DNA of 64,000 bases, taken from the NCBI RefSeq assembly GCF_001194135.2, contig NC_069000.1, positions 8,428,688 to 8,492,687 on the forward strand, written 5' to 3'. Source of the DNA: Octopus bimaculoides (Eukaryota). Below are positions 63,403 to 64,000 of the stretch, in pieces (position 1 is the stretch's first letter; each line of letters opens with the position of its first letter). The notes beneath the pieces were generated by a model. The model was not told the DNA's origin. It searched no databases and worked only from the letters and a program-made list of their open reading frames with translations. The position numbers and the translations under genes were made by a program.

Positions 63403-64000
63403 TAATTATCTTACAAACTGTATTTTGGCATTTTGCCAGAAAATTATGAATGAATTCTGTAAACTCTGAGTAAATACCACAGTGTTTTTTTTCTGTAGTT
63501 GGTTATTTCTTTCTCCAAAGATTAGTTTTTATCATATACATATGTATATACATGTGTGTATACAAACACAAACATACATGTATATATATATATATATACA
63601 TACATATAAACACATATGTATGAACATATATGTAATCTTATTATAAAAAAAAACCTACAAATCTTGTAAATACAGCTACCCAGGATTTCCAGGTCAAAAT
63701 AATTTATTCTGCTACTTATCAAGCTGAAAACATGACTATTTCTCAGTTGTCTTTCAGGCTTGATGAACAGCAGAATAAATTATTCCTTCAACCAGGAAAC
63801 CCTGGGTAGCAGTATTTACAAGATTTGTGTTTTTTTATTATAAGATTATCTTTACTCTCAGAGCTGATCAAGTGCTTTTTTTACTTGTCGAAGCATTACC
63901 ACATAATATACATACATGAATATATATAACTGACATCATAAGAATTTATAGACTTTTGAGAGAATGTGAAATAATTTTCTTTATGGGGTGAGGAACAGTG

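Noticed and set aside
43500-64000. A second protein-coding gene upstream of Piezo
   Set aside because: Every coding-like stretch I could interpret was a retroposon remnant and I found no consistent exon chain. Small exons could still have been missed.

Overview
AT-rich, microsatellite- and SINE-dense eukaryotic DNA with eight N-gaps. The repeat families look like those of Octopus (my recognition, not verified). The window holds the 5' end of a Piezo mechanosensitive channel gene on the minus strand. Four coding exons (41973-41901, 15184-15089, 2404-2273, 54-12) have canonical GT-AG ends and matching phases. They splice to 114 codons, MAAKITRFLAYSLFRFILPLTLLIGCLVRYSGLSLIYGILLLLTPLFKSPTIESLHGATGHFLKAVLAISSLIFLSQSLFHIVLVSIATPAEPYGSIFGNCTEKESLVRQIGFQ, and the gene continues past position 1. 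Introns 1-3 are 26.7, 12.7 and 2.2 kb. I found no other gene. The rest is SINEs, decayed RTE, CR1-like, R4/Dong and HERO retroposons, a Tigger/pogo fossil, TTAA-flanked piggyBac-type MITEs, minisatellites and a 5S rRNA pseudogene. The most striking accessory feature is a 367-bp insertion in Piezo intron 3 with a 14-bp TSD. It joins a tRNA-like Pol III head to a Penelope-type tail carrying a minimal hammerhead ribozyme. Also notable are tandem uORFs over the Piezo start codon, an RFX X-box in a CpG-rich intron-1 block, and a small palindromic element with TTAGGG repeats in its loop.
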